A stretch of 64,000 nucleotides of DNA, taken from positions 6,712,422 through 6,776,421 of the forward strand of contig NC_092678.1 of assembly GCF_964355755.1 (NCBI RefSeq), given 5' to 3'. The notes under the pieces were generated by a model, which ran no database searches, had not been told where the DNA came from, and was given only the letters and a program-made list of their open reading frames with translations. This document shows, in pieces, positions 12,264 through 23,730 of the stretch. The position numbers and the translations under genes are program-made. Position 1 is the first letter of the stretch, and each line of letters starts with the position of its first letter. Source of the DNA: Antedon mediterranea (lineage: Eukaryota; Animalia; Echinodermata).

Positions 12264-12936
12264 TTACGCGGGAGGGATTCTGCTGTAATTTTCTTTTCAG
12301 ATTTTTCTTTCTTTTCTGTATTTATATACCGGTAATGTTTTCTACTGATGACGATGTTGATGAAGATTTAAATGAGTGATAATGTAGTGCATTATATTAC
12401 GATAACTGCTATGATACTTACTGGACATACACCACACAAAATTTAATGTAAGTCTAATATTCCCGCCAGTCGCGCGCTTTATAGGCTACTAATATTTCCT
12501 TTGACACTAATTCTTTTTCATTCAATTAAATAGGCCTACTAAAGGTCCGCATCATTTTTAAAATACGTTCCAAACAACTCCATATACCGATTTCCATTTT
12601 TGTCGAGAATGTTGAAATACATTTTTGTGGCATTTGTCAAGTTTTTAAAAGTTGTTTGAACTACCTTTTAATAACATATTTTATTAATACTTCCAATGTT
12701 GATAAGCCTAGGCCTATAATATATCAAATAAATTATCAAAAAACGTAATTTTACCAAGAAGTAACTAGAATAGGCCTACAGTACAAATTGTGTCAAATTC
12801 TTAAATTGTTGTTCATTTGCAGTCAATAAATTCTACTACAAATAGAAAACGTTTATTCGATAAAGAAATATTTGCCTCAGCGTTTATTCGAGAGTTTGTA
12901 TTGGAATAAGTGCGGTATAATGTTGTCATCAATCAG

Positions 12937-14805
12937 TTATCCAATAATAGTACATTGTTCTTCAAGTCTGTATTCTGGACTATTAAAGCTTTCTTTTTCT
13001 TGACTAGCGCCATCATCGATCTTCTTCTGGACTCTGAAAAAAAACCCCGCACAATGGTTGTAACTGAGAGAAATTGATTTTCAGCTTATTGATCAATTAA
13101 ATTAATACTATGGATAGAATGTGTAGCCTACATTTGTCAACATCCGCCAGACCTGCAGGTGGTACACGCCAAAATAAATGTATGCGTGTACACTTTAGGA
13201 TAATATAGAGAAAAATAGATGGATAGAATAAGTTTGGTATCTTCCAACTAAATTATAGAGTAGAGGCTACGTCAGCCCGATTGACTGTTGACTGATTGCA
13301 TTATTTTTTTCCTAGCATGCTGAGGCAGAAATCATGAATAATGCATAAGCTCCTATGTTAAAGAATTACAAGGTAGCTGACCTATTTCCTAAATATAACT
13401 GAACCTAACCATTAAAATACTCTCTCTTAACTACTAGAACATCGAAGATGGGTGCAGGCTTACAAACATTGTTTTATATGTTGCATAGATTTATTGTTCA
13501 ACGTAACATGAGACTATTACATTAAATATTGTTGATCAAGATCAAGGGATAGAAATATAATTATTGATGTAATCATGATTAGGATGATTTGGTAAGTGAT
13601 GATGATAAGATGTAAATAATAATGCCATAGGCCTATTTTAGGATATCATTTTCAATGAACTTTGACCGGGGGTGATGAAAATGATCATCAGTCAACCAAT
13701 AAGCAAATGGTACATACCTTACATTCCTATGCCTACACATTAATGATGCAAGACAAATCAACCATATCAACACAATTGCAGTAATAATGTTAAGGGCTAT
13801 AAATCCTGGTTTCGACACTAACACCTTTCCCTTCAAAGCAACACCGCAATTCTGTTCTTCCGTATAAGGTCCTTCACATTTTGTACCTGCGCATTCAGAC
13901 TCTCGTAAAACATCACGTGATCTTACGCGACTCGTTGAATTTTCACAAGATGACCATTCAGTCCAGGTACTCAGTTGACAGTCAGTATTCTTGCAACCAC
14001 AACACTGACCACTAAATGACTTTGGACATTCACAAAAGCCTTGGTTTGTGAGCTTCCCTTCATTGTAACAAAAACGATTGCACTGGTGTTCTTCAGTGGT
14101 TGGTTCAGAACATATTCCGCATACTTTAAGTACGTTCCTAGCCCTGAATTTAGTTCCAGAGTTGCCACATTCGTGTGAACAATCTGACCAAAGGCCCCAG
14201 TCACTATACTCGCAATCACTGCATCTCTCCTTACATGACCGCTCCTCAGTTGTAGACTTGGAGCATATGCCACTTACTTCAAGTACGTTCCTAACACGAA
14301 ATTGGGTACCAGACTCGCCACATTCTGAGGAGTAACATGCTGACCAAAAGCCCCAGTCACTGTACTCGCAGTCACCGCATCTATCCTCACATGTCCGCTC
14401 CTCGGTGGTAGGCTTAGAACATATTCCGCTTACTCCAAGTACATTCCTAATCCGAAATTGTTTACCAGTCTCGCCACATTTTGGGGAGTAACATGCTGAC
14501 CAAAAACCCCAATTACTGTACTCACAATCATTGAGTTTTTCATTACATAACTGTTTTTCAAATGTAGGTTGGAAGCATGTTAACGATCCGCTTCCATCTA
14601 TCTCGAGTATGTTCCTAACTCTATATCGAGTTCCATTTTCTCCACGTTGTGAGTGACACGGTGACCAAAGGTCCCATTCACTGTACGTACAATCAATTAC
14701 ATTTTTCAATGCTCTTTCATTTCCGAAAATCATTCCTCCAATAAAAAGTCCAAATGAAGAAAACACTAGAATAACAATCGCTATCACAACTGTTTTACCT
14801 TCCAT
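12937..14805 (-). CDS. TSP1-repeat membrane protein paralog 3 (4 TSR + EGF-like + TSR + TM), about 394 aa spliced
   Basis: Exon 1 is 14805-13718 (donor AG|GTATGT) and exon 2 is 13033-12937 (acceptor TTTTTTTTCAG). Exon 2 is in frame, encodes RVQKKIDDGASQEKESFNSPEYRLEEQCTIIG* and is conserved in paralog 4. The unspliced ORF is 13633-14805. Confidence 0.85.
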
Positions 14806-14943
14806 GGCATAAATAGCATGGAGTACATTGAAATAGTACTACGTCAGTACTAAACAATTTAAGTTTGGTTGTTGAAGTGTACAATGTTAATAATAATTAA
14901 CTACACAGATGTCAGGCCCATTTTAATTCAAGCATTATGCTTC

Positions 14944-15012
14944 GATCGGTGAAAATTGGTTCATTGTTCGTCGTTTGTGGGAATTTCCGAAAATCCCTCT
15001 ATTGTAAATAAA
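14944..15012 (-). promoter_or_regulatory. Conserved promoter block of TSP1 paralog 3 with a consensus NF-kappaB site
   Basis: GGGAATTTCC at 14979-14988 followed by GAAAATCCC. The block is near-identical to 19285-19353, while its flanks diverge. Confidence 0.7.
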
Positions 15013-16304
15013 TTACGGCAGCATAAATAATCGTTACTAACCCCGTAACATCAAGATGGTGAAAGCAAATATACACATGTTTCATGTACAACATAAAGAC
15101 AGTCAGCTATATGTTGTGTTTGTATAATTGATTTGGATATGACAAACTATTAATAAAAAAATGGGCGTGGTGTCTTTACTGCCGTGCTTCTTTATTTTCA
15201 GTAGTAAAACCTACAGCAAATAAAAATAAAACAAGCCATAAATATACACTGTAAACGTGCATCAGACAGCGTGTTTTGCTAGTATGACGTCAGGGACTCA
15301 AGCATCATGAATATTCATGATAATAATAATAACGTTCTTCTGGACGGTGTATTACAAACATTATGTTAGCCTGAAGGCTAAATAAAAGTATAAAGAGAAA
15401 ATAAAAGAAAAAACATTTAAATGAAAGAAAACGGATTGTACAAAAAGAAACTAAAGAGCAAAAAGTACAATACTTAACTTTGATGGAGTGTTATTATTTA
15501 TTATTAGTATTATTATCAATGTTTTTAATGTTATTTTAAAGAAAATATTATTAGACCTATTATTAAAAATGTCATTTAATTTAAATATTATATTGTTTAT
15601 TATTATTTTGTTATTTATGTTCTTGTTAATACTGTATATCATTTAATTATGTTATGAGTTATGATCTTTATTTGTTATTTAGTTAAAGTAGTATTATTTT
15701 TATTATTATTTCGATTTTCCTAATTTTAATATTTAATCTTATTTTTAGTGTTTTATTAACCATTATACCTCAAATTATAATCCTGATTTAATTGTGTTTT
15801 TAAAGTTTTGTAAATATAAATTTAAAGTCTCCATGCAGCAGTTAAGTGTTGTTTACAATGATGATACAAAATACAGATATAAATAAAAGGCCTAAAATGA
15901 ACAGAAATTACATTTGCAAAATTAACAAATTACATTATAAAGTTAAACATAAGAAATAAATGAATGACAAGGAATTTTAAAATCAACTGATTTTTACACT
16001 ATGCAAGTCTTACTCTGCAATACAGAACGGAAATCTGGTACAATCTCTAGATCTATTAATTGATAATTGCGCAGCGCTTTTTCCATTTATCAAGTATTAG
16101 ATGGGTTTCTTTACTGAACACATGATAGTCACTTCCAAGTGTTAGGTGTATTTTAACATCAGTATTAGAGTTTATGAATAAGTGCCAAATATGATTAAGG
16201 TTAGAAGATTGCAATTGTAGTTTTAATCTCATGGTTTCTTCTTTTCTAATGTCGTCGTAAGCAGGATATTCAAATAGGACACCCTAAAAGGAACAAAAAT
16301 AATG

Positions 16305-16652
16305 CAGGCGGGGGAGGGTGGTGCGTACGACGCAAAAGGGTCCACTTTTTAAATAAGTGCAATTTATGAAGACCTAAAGCTCCAGTTTTCAAAATTTTCT
16401 TAGCTCAATCATAGAGCTGGTGTTCGATACATTTTTTTCATATTTTGTATCATATTTCGAAGTACAATAAGTGCATTTTCTGGGGACCTACAGCTCTATT
16501 TTTTACATTTTTTTCTTAGCTCAGCCCCAACCATGGTAGGGCTGGTCCTGGAAGCTATTTCGAAGTATAATCCAATTTCCGTGAACCTACCAGCTCTATT
16601 TTCCAAAATTTTCTTATAAATCAGCCCCGAACAGCAACCAGCCTACGCCTCT
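16305..16652. mobile_element. Remnant related to the interior of the hAT element at 355-2248
   Basis: Repeats such as GACCTACAGCTCTATTTT...TTCTTAGCTCAGCCCC are reverse complements of the ~90-bp repeats at 660-915. Confidence 0.55.
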
Positions 16653-17474
16653 GTTTAACTACTATACTTTTCACACTCGGTTGATAAGAAACTGTAATGT
16701 TACCTTTAGAAACCTAGCTATAGCCTAGGGCGAATACGCAATAACATCACTGCTTGAAAGTCATAATTTATTCATGATTGTGGTTAAGTTAAGGCTACCT
16801 AATTTAACTGACACGGTAATCCAACATAAGATAAATTGTCAAATCCAAATTAAAGTAAAATAGATTCTGTTAATAACTAATCTATCTATATCAACAACTA
16901 GTATTACGCCTTTTCACGAAACGGAAGACATCTTCGATTAAATGACAAACAATACTGTGCAGGGAAGCGTAACTAAAAGAAATAACATATTTTCAGGGGA
17001 TTTCAGGACACACCATGTTAATTAAAAAATCGTATCGCATGAGAAAAAAAATTGCCTACATTAATGAATGATTAAAACAAATTAGAAAAACAAATTATGA
17101 TCCCATAAAATCCAACGCAGGGTGTTCAATTTTTCAAAATCATAAGTAATGTAGACCAATCTTTTATAGTTTTTAATACAAGTTAGGAATCAAAAATTAA
17201 TTTTATTCAATTGTTCAGGCAATAAAAACGTAGTACTGTGACCTGTAGGTAACCAGTGTTCAATTCGGAAGAATTGCAATGGTTTTCCCAACTAATGTTC
17301 ATAAAAGTTAAAATGAAAATACAGTATATATAAATTGACAATAAAAGTAGTTTATTAAAAAAAAAAAAAATATGGTCTTAGTCGACTTCTTTGAAACCCA
17401 CCGACACGATGCAGCGGAACATGCAACTGGCACTGTCTAATGTATGGCGCACCAAAGCTGTCATTTATTCGGAA

Positions 17475-17590
17475 ATAAAGATATCTTAGTTTTAAACTAA
17501 AATATCTTATTACTAAGATAGCTCTATTATTAAAAGAGATATCTCTATTTAAAACTAAGATATGTCTATTAAACAAAGATATCTCTATTC
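17475..17590. repeat. About 21-bp degenerate minisatellite
   Basis: Repeated AAGATATCTCTATT-like units. Confidence 0.6.
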
Positions 17591-17744
17591 TTGCATACTA
17601 ATGGATTCATAAATTTACTAATATTGCATAGCGGAAAAATAATGTCTCATAACCATTTAAAGTGTATGTTTTCAATGAGGTTGATGATTAGAAAATCAAG
17701 AAAAAGGTTAATAAAAATCAAGATAAGAGAAAATATGATGTCAA

Positions 17745-19162
17745 TTATCCCAAAACAGGTTCTTCTAGTCTGCCGTCTGAAATACATCTAACGCTTTCCT
17801 CTTCTTGACTAGCGCCATCAGTATCTTCCTGGGTTCTGAAAAAACCCATCAAAGAAATACTAAAATTTATTTTAAATTTATTGATCAAATAAATCAATTG
17901 CTATGATCGTAAATGTATTAAAAAAATGTTGGTGTCCACCTAGAAATTATGACGTCATATGGAGGTACGTTGAGTTTGGTTAAGGCTTAATTACTTGCTA
18001 AGATGGCTTCGTGGAGCTGTCACTGTAGTGGGTAGGTAACCAACTTAGGGTAAATAAGCCTAAACATGCTCATAGCTAGTTTTTCAAGTCGTCAAACACA
18101 TCGGACTAAATTTGACCGGTTTTTACAGACGAGATAGCCAACTGCTGGACGACGACTTGGACAAACGATAATATAATATGAAATTTTATGATAAAAATAT
18201 CATTTACAAATGAAACCTCAATATTGCTTACCTGCCACGTCTATGTCTACAAAACAATGACACAAGACAAATCAAGCATATAGTCAACATAACAGTAATA
18301 ATGTTAAGAGCTATAAATCCTGGTTTCGACACTAAAACTTTTCCCTTTAAAGCGACACCGCAATTCTGTTCTTCCGTGTAAGGTCCTTCACATTTTGTAC
18401 CTGCGCATTCAGACTCTCGTAAAACATCACGTGATCTTACGCGACTCGTTGCATTTTCACAAGATGACCATTCAGTCCAAGTACTTAGGTGACAGTCTAT
18501 ATCTTTGCAACCACAGCAATGACCACTAAAGGACTTTGGACACTTACAACCTTGTTCTGTGAGTGTTCCTTCATTGTAGCAAACGCGATTACAGTGTCGT
18601 ACTTCAGTGGTTGGTTCAGAACATATGCCGCATACTTTAAGTACGTTCCTAGCCCTAAATTTAGTTCCAGAGTTGCCACATTCGTGTGAACAATCCGACC
18701 AAAGGCCCCAGTCATTGTACTCGCAATCACTGCATCTATCCTTACATGACCGCTCCTCGGTGGTAGACTTGAAACATATTCCTCTTACTTCAAGTACGTT
18801 CCTAACTCGAAATTGTGTACCAGACTCGCCACATTCTGGGGAGTAACATGCTGACCAAAAACCCCAGTCACTGTACTCACAGTCATTAAAGGTTTCATTA
18901 CATAACTGTTCTTCGGCGGTAGGTTGGAAGCATGTTAACGGTCCGCATCCATCTATCTCGAGTATGTTCCTAACTCTATACCGAGTTCCATTTTCTCCAC
19001 GTTCTTCAGAGTGACACGGTGACCAAAGACCCCATTCACTGTACGTACAGTCATTTTCTCTTTTTAATGCTCTTTCATTTCCGTAAACCATTCCTCCAAA
19101 AAAAAAATCCCAGTGCAGCAAAGCAAAAAACAACGCCTGCTATTAACTGTGTTACCCTCCAT
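17745..19162 (-). CDS. TSP1-repeat membrane protein paralog 4 (3 TSR + EGF-like + TSR + TM); frameshifted in the signal region as written
   Basis: The homologous ATG at 19162 (MEGNTV) is out of frame with ORF 18228-19133. Exon 1 ends at 18232 (AG|GTAAGC). Exon 2, 17835-17745, encodes RTQEDTDGASQEEESVRCISDGRLEEPVLG*. Highly similar to paralog 3. Confidence 0.8.
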
Positions 19163-19284
19163 GGCATAAGTACGGAATATTAAGCAGCATTCAGTTTAAT
19201 ATTAACTGTACACACCCAGTTATGGTACTACACATAATAGGCCCAGGTAAATCAAGCATATTGAGAGTTCGGCCCACACACTTT

Positions 19285-19353
19285 GATCGGTGAAAAGTGG
19301 TTCATTGTTCGTCGTTTTCGGGAATTTCCGAAAATCCCGCTATTGTAAATAAA
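19285..19353 (-). promoter_or_regulatory. Conserved promoter block of TSP1 paralog 4 with a consensus NF-kappaB site
   Basis: GGGAATTTCC at 19320-19329 followed by GAAAATCCC. Homologous to 14944-15012. Confidence 0.7.
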
Positions 19354-21309
19354 TGAAGTTATAGGAAATAGTTAATCCCCAGTATAGGTAGAAATATTGA
19401 AATGGTGAAAACAGAGACAATGTTTCATAGAACATGAACCCAGTCAGCCATTTTGTGTCATAAACTGAAATTATATGTAAATCGGTCCAGACTTTCAAAG
19501 ATAAAATAAAACTCTTTTCTCTTTTGTTAGACGCTTACAATATTGTACCTTGAAATAATAATATACCAATTGGTCCATCGGTCATTGACCTAAGAACTAC
19601 TTTGTTTTTTTAACAACTTTTAGATAAAACAACAAAAGTACATTATTTTTGTGTTACGCCTTCTACTATACAACAACAAAAATATCCCTTCATGACCTTT
19701 GATCCTAAATCCACTAAGACCCTGTATCACAACAATATGTGCAAATAATAAATCTGTAATTTATTTGTGCGAGGAGTACTCTTTTCGTCATTTTTCGGAA
19801 TTTTCATCTTACTGACCCCTATATGACCTTTGATCCCAAGTTATGAACACCACATAAATGAGAAGGTGGTATGACCAAGTTTAGAGAAAGTTTATAGCAG
19901 AAAGAAAGAAAGAGATTTTGTTCTTTTATAGTTTTTAATACAAATAACAAAATATATGCCTAGTTAAAAACAAAGCTTATTTCTTTATATATAAAATGCT
20001 ATATCATTATAAATTACTATACGTATATAATTAATATAATCCCAAATAGTGAAAATGTTAGACAACGTAGGCCTACTTCAAAATTGTGAGCCAGTAATAA
20101 GTACCCATTTACGCTTAGTAAAGAAAAAGGAAAGGAAAACGTTTTATATTTAACAAGAGTTTCCCCTCTCACTTTTGGTTAACAAATACAGTAAAACCCT
20201 ATTAACCCTTCAGGACCCAACAAAGTCTCCCCTTAATAGAGGTTTCTTCGGATAGAGATTGGCCCCAGTGTAAATATATATTGTGGCTTGCTTATTGCAC
20301 GAGAAAGTTTCTCCTAATATGGATTTCCCCTGAAGATATATGTATATCTCGGTATCTTTATTTCACTTTAAAAAAAAAAATCAATTCACTAAGGAAAATA
20401 AAATCCATGATAGTAGCCAAAAAACCTGGATTGAGAATTTTTTTTACAAAAGGCCTTTAATTAAAAACATAAAAACACTATTTCATACAAAATGATCTAC
20501 AAAAAATGTAAGCTGCAAAATTGAAAACGTTCGTAAGGTGGTGATAATTAAAAGATGGGAGACGAACAATTAAGAATTTAGCAGACTAGTTAGATATGGA
20601 AGTGGGCTATTATTATATCTTGATGATGTGACACCAAACTGTCCATATTTTTTCACAGTCCCAAGACTCATAGTGTGAGTTTGGCAATGGAAATCCATAG
20701 GAGAATCTTTCATATGTCCCAATAAATGCAACAGAGTACTATATTAATTACTACTAATTATAAATCATAGCATTTAGAAACGTTTAACATGTATGTAAGC
20801 TAAAGAGAAGTGCGCAAAATATTACTGCATGGTCTTGGTCTACAGTAACATTCCAAAGTGTCAATAGAACTTAAACATGGCCTACCAAGTAGTGTTAGAG
20901 AGTTTGTGCACTTTCGTACTAGAAATACTTACAAACATTACTTATATATATTATTTCCTTTCTTCTTCTTGAAATCAAAGCTGCCATTACTTTTCAGTTA
21001 TTACGGATTGGACTCCATTGGAAATAAGTTTACTTTTTTGTCGACTTAATGGGTTATCCAGGTATTCTCTTTTATACATTGTATATTTTAACTTTTATGT
21101 ATGAATATCGAATAAAATCAATCAATCATTAGTTGGAGTCAATGTTACAATATTTTTAAATGTTAACTTTCTTTTAAGTTATGACGTAGGAATTTACTAG
21201 CTTTACAACAAGAGAAGATCCAATTTAAAATTAAATGCCCTCGACGGTTTTTATATATTTTACCCTTATTTATATAAACTTTAGACTAATTAACAATAAA
21301 TTCCTTAGT

Positions 21310-23730
21310 TTAACGATTCTTTTTTGCACCTGTGTTTCGTACAACTACTCCTGCAGATCTGCCAGGTAACTGTTTAGAACTATACAACTCTGCTTCTCGA
21401 TGAGTTTGAGTTCCAGGAGGTCTGCTCCTGTGATCCATTGTACGTGCTTTTGGATTTTGAGACCTAGCCGGTTGCCTTTCATTATTTCGGTATGGCTTTG
21501 AAGATGAATGCTCGTTGCGAATCACCTTGGGCTGGCCTAGAATTTTAGGATCATTTGGATATTTGGCAGCTTTATTCCGGATAACACTCTGTTCAGCCCC
21601 TCGGCGATCCGAATGAAGTGGCCCCTGAGGCGTTCGTTTATGTCCCGGGTTAACTACACCTTGGGTAGCCCTTCTAGCCGTAGAATCAATTCTGTTGACT
21701 GGCTTATCATGGATCCTTGTTACTGGTCTAACTTCTACAGGTCGAGAAGGTGCAGTCCTTCTGGGCATTGAATTTGATCTTCTATAATAGTTCTGTTCTG
21801 ACTTTCCAGAGTAAACGGCCTGTGAATCAAGTATCTTAGAATTCCTGTCTATCATTTGTCTCTGTGGTTTGTAGGACCCTACTCCATCAAAGCTGTCAGA
21901 CGGCATTGAAATAGGCCTAGTGTTCATATCAACACCTTTCTTTCTAGGCTGGATTTGATCTCTCATTGTATTTATTTTGTGACTTGAGCTTGGATTTTCA
22001 CTGTGAATCACTGACCTTGCCTCTTTATATTCCGGATATATTATAGGCTTAGCTGGGCCTGTCGAATCGTTTCCAACATCATCCTCGACAGTTAAAGCAC
22101 GCGTACTACGTTGTTCTACCGGTGAAACACTAGGTTTATCTATTAACACATTGTCCTTGTCTGTTGCTACCTTTAATGCAGTGATTTGTGACGTGTGATC
22201 TGCAGGGTTTTCCAAAAAAGAATCTATGTAAGTGTAGCTGTTTTCAGAACCATCTATACTTCCTTCGTTAACCGCATTGTCATTCACTGCTTCTCTTGCT
22301 TCTCCATCATCAAACGCCATGTTGGCTTGATCTGTAGACATTACAACGTCTGGCATGGGCCCAACATCGTCAGCGGGTCCAAGGTTACGCTCAGAAATAA
22401 ACTGTATGCCATTATTATCCTCGTCTTCTGTGATTGTTTCTTCGTTGTTATTTACCTTGCTTTGACGCTTTTGGATTTTACGAAAACTAACATTCAAAGA
22501 TTTCTTTCGTCCAAACGCTTCTTCTAGAAACAGATCGTCATTAGCTTGTGGTTTAGGAGTTCGCTGTTTTTTTCTACGCAGAACCAAGCAAACGATGACC
22601 AATAAACAGACTATCAGGATAAGCACTGAAACACCTGAACCAATGGCAATGCCAACCCCGCTATTGTTCATATCTTGCATGACTGGTAGAGGTGTTAGAG
22701 TAGTTCTCATTTGTGTGGTGATCTCGGTAACAACAGAGGTTGACATTCCAATGTCAACAGTAGACTCTACGTCGATCTTCCCTGGTATTGTTATATTAAT
22801 AGAACCTGATAAGGAATCAGAGTCGACTGCTTGGCACGTAACATTCACATCATTTTCGTTGATGTTAATCTGAAATTGATTTCCAGTAACTAAATCCGTG
22901 GCACGAATTCCTTCCTGATAAAATTTATATTGGATGTCACCGTTTCCATTGGTAGTGCATTCTAGAACGATAGTGTCGCCAACTGTAGATATAATTTCAA
23001 GAGACATTTTTAATGTTATGTGCATAGGTCCAAATGTGCATGTTCTTACTGTGTTAAGGAAAGATTCGCTGCTGGTTCTACATTCCAATGATTTGCCATG
23101 GTCATCGGCCTCAACGGTAAACGGATAATACAACGTATGTATAGTTTTTAAATGGTTAAACGTTCGCCGTGCAATAGTTTGTCCATTCGAGACCCATTTC
23201 AGATCAGCTGTCTTTTCTCCAGGATCAGAAGAGCATAGTATACTCACCATGTCTCCCAAGACGAAAGACGATTCCTCCTGACATACAGGTGTTGGCAAAT
23301 AGAAGACTTTTATATTACATTCAGCAGTCGGAGCTTCAATGACCCGGCCTGCGTCGTACACTTTAAGCTGGCAAACATATTTTCCATTGTGTTCCCGTGT
23401 TACATCAGTGATATTCAACTCGCTTTCAATTCTTTGGTTCTTAAACGTTGACTCAACAATATAATTATCAATAGAGCTTCCATTAACGACCCCGTTACCG
23501 TCTGCTATGACTTCAACCTCTTTCAACCAGACTATCTCCCCTGTATACCTGTCATCTATAGACGCTAGGCAATACAGAGGAACAAAACTTTTCTCAAAAG
23601 CTGACAGCGACTGGGGTCCAATGAGTATTGAAGAACTTGAAGAGCACCGAGGAACGGAAAGTAGTAGGCCTACTACTACAATAAAGAATGTCAGCGTGTG
23701 TAGGCCTAAACATGTAGGCCTAGATTCCAT
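21310..23730 (-). CDS. Immunoglobulin-superfamily type I membrane protein (signal peptide, 3 Ig-like domains, TM, ~420-aa low-complexity cytoplasmic tail), 806 aa
   Basis: Signal peptide. Ig motifs LYC...IVWLK...LNITDVTREHNGKYVC and ILC...LKW...DDHGKSLEC, plus a third C...C pair. Thr-rich stalk, then TM GVGIAIGSGVSVLILIVCLLVIVCLVL followed by RRKK. There is an in-frame stop just upstream of the ATG. Confidence 0.9.
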   Translation of the reverse strand: MESRPTCLGLHTLTFFIVVVGLLLSVPRCSSSSSILIGPQSLSAFEKSFVPLYCLASIDDRYTGEIVWLKEVEVIADGNGVVNGSSIDNYIVESTFKNQRIESELNITDVTREHNGKYVCQLKVYDAGRVIEAPTAECNIKVFYLPTPVCQEESSFVLGDMVSILCSSDPGEKTADLKWVSNGQTIARRTFNHLKTIHTLYYPFTVEADDHGKSLECRTSSESFLNTVRTCTFGPMHITLKMSLEIISTVGDTIVLECTTNGNGDIQYKFYQEGIRATDLVTGNQFQININENDVNVTCQAVDSDSLSGSINITIPGKIDVESTVDIGMSTSVVTEITTQMRTTLTPLPVMQDMNNSGVGIAIGSGVSVLILIVCLLVIVCLVLRRKKQRTPKPQANDDLFLEEAFGRKKSLNVSFRKIQKRQSKVNNNEETITEDEDNNGIQFISERNLGPADDVGPMPDVVMSTDQANMAFDDGEAREAVNDNAVNEGSIDGSENSYTYIDSFLENPADHTSQITALKVATDKDNVLIDKPSVSPVEQRSTRALTVEDDVGNDSTGPAKPIIYPEYKEARSVIHSENPSSSHKINTMRDQIQPRKKGVDMNTRPISMPSDSFDGVGSYKPQRQMIDRNSKILDSQAVYSGKSEQNYYRRSNSMPRRTAPSRPVEVRPVTRIHDKPVNRIDSTARRATQGVVNPGHKRTPQGPLHSDRRGAEQSVIRNKAAKYPNDPKILGQPKVIRNEHSSSKPYRNNERQPARSQNPKARTMDHRSRPPGTQTHREAELYSSKQLPGRSAGVVVRNTGAKKNR

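Noticed and set aside
13633-14805. Complement C6-C9/perforin-like gene
   Set aside because: The TSR-EGF-TSR order is similar, but no MACPF or LDLa domain is present.
15850-16290. Possible old LINE 3' fragment on the minus strand
   Set aside because: There is only a faint resemblance (YCRVRL...KSVDFKIP) with stops, too degraded to support.
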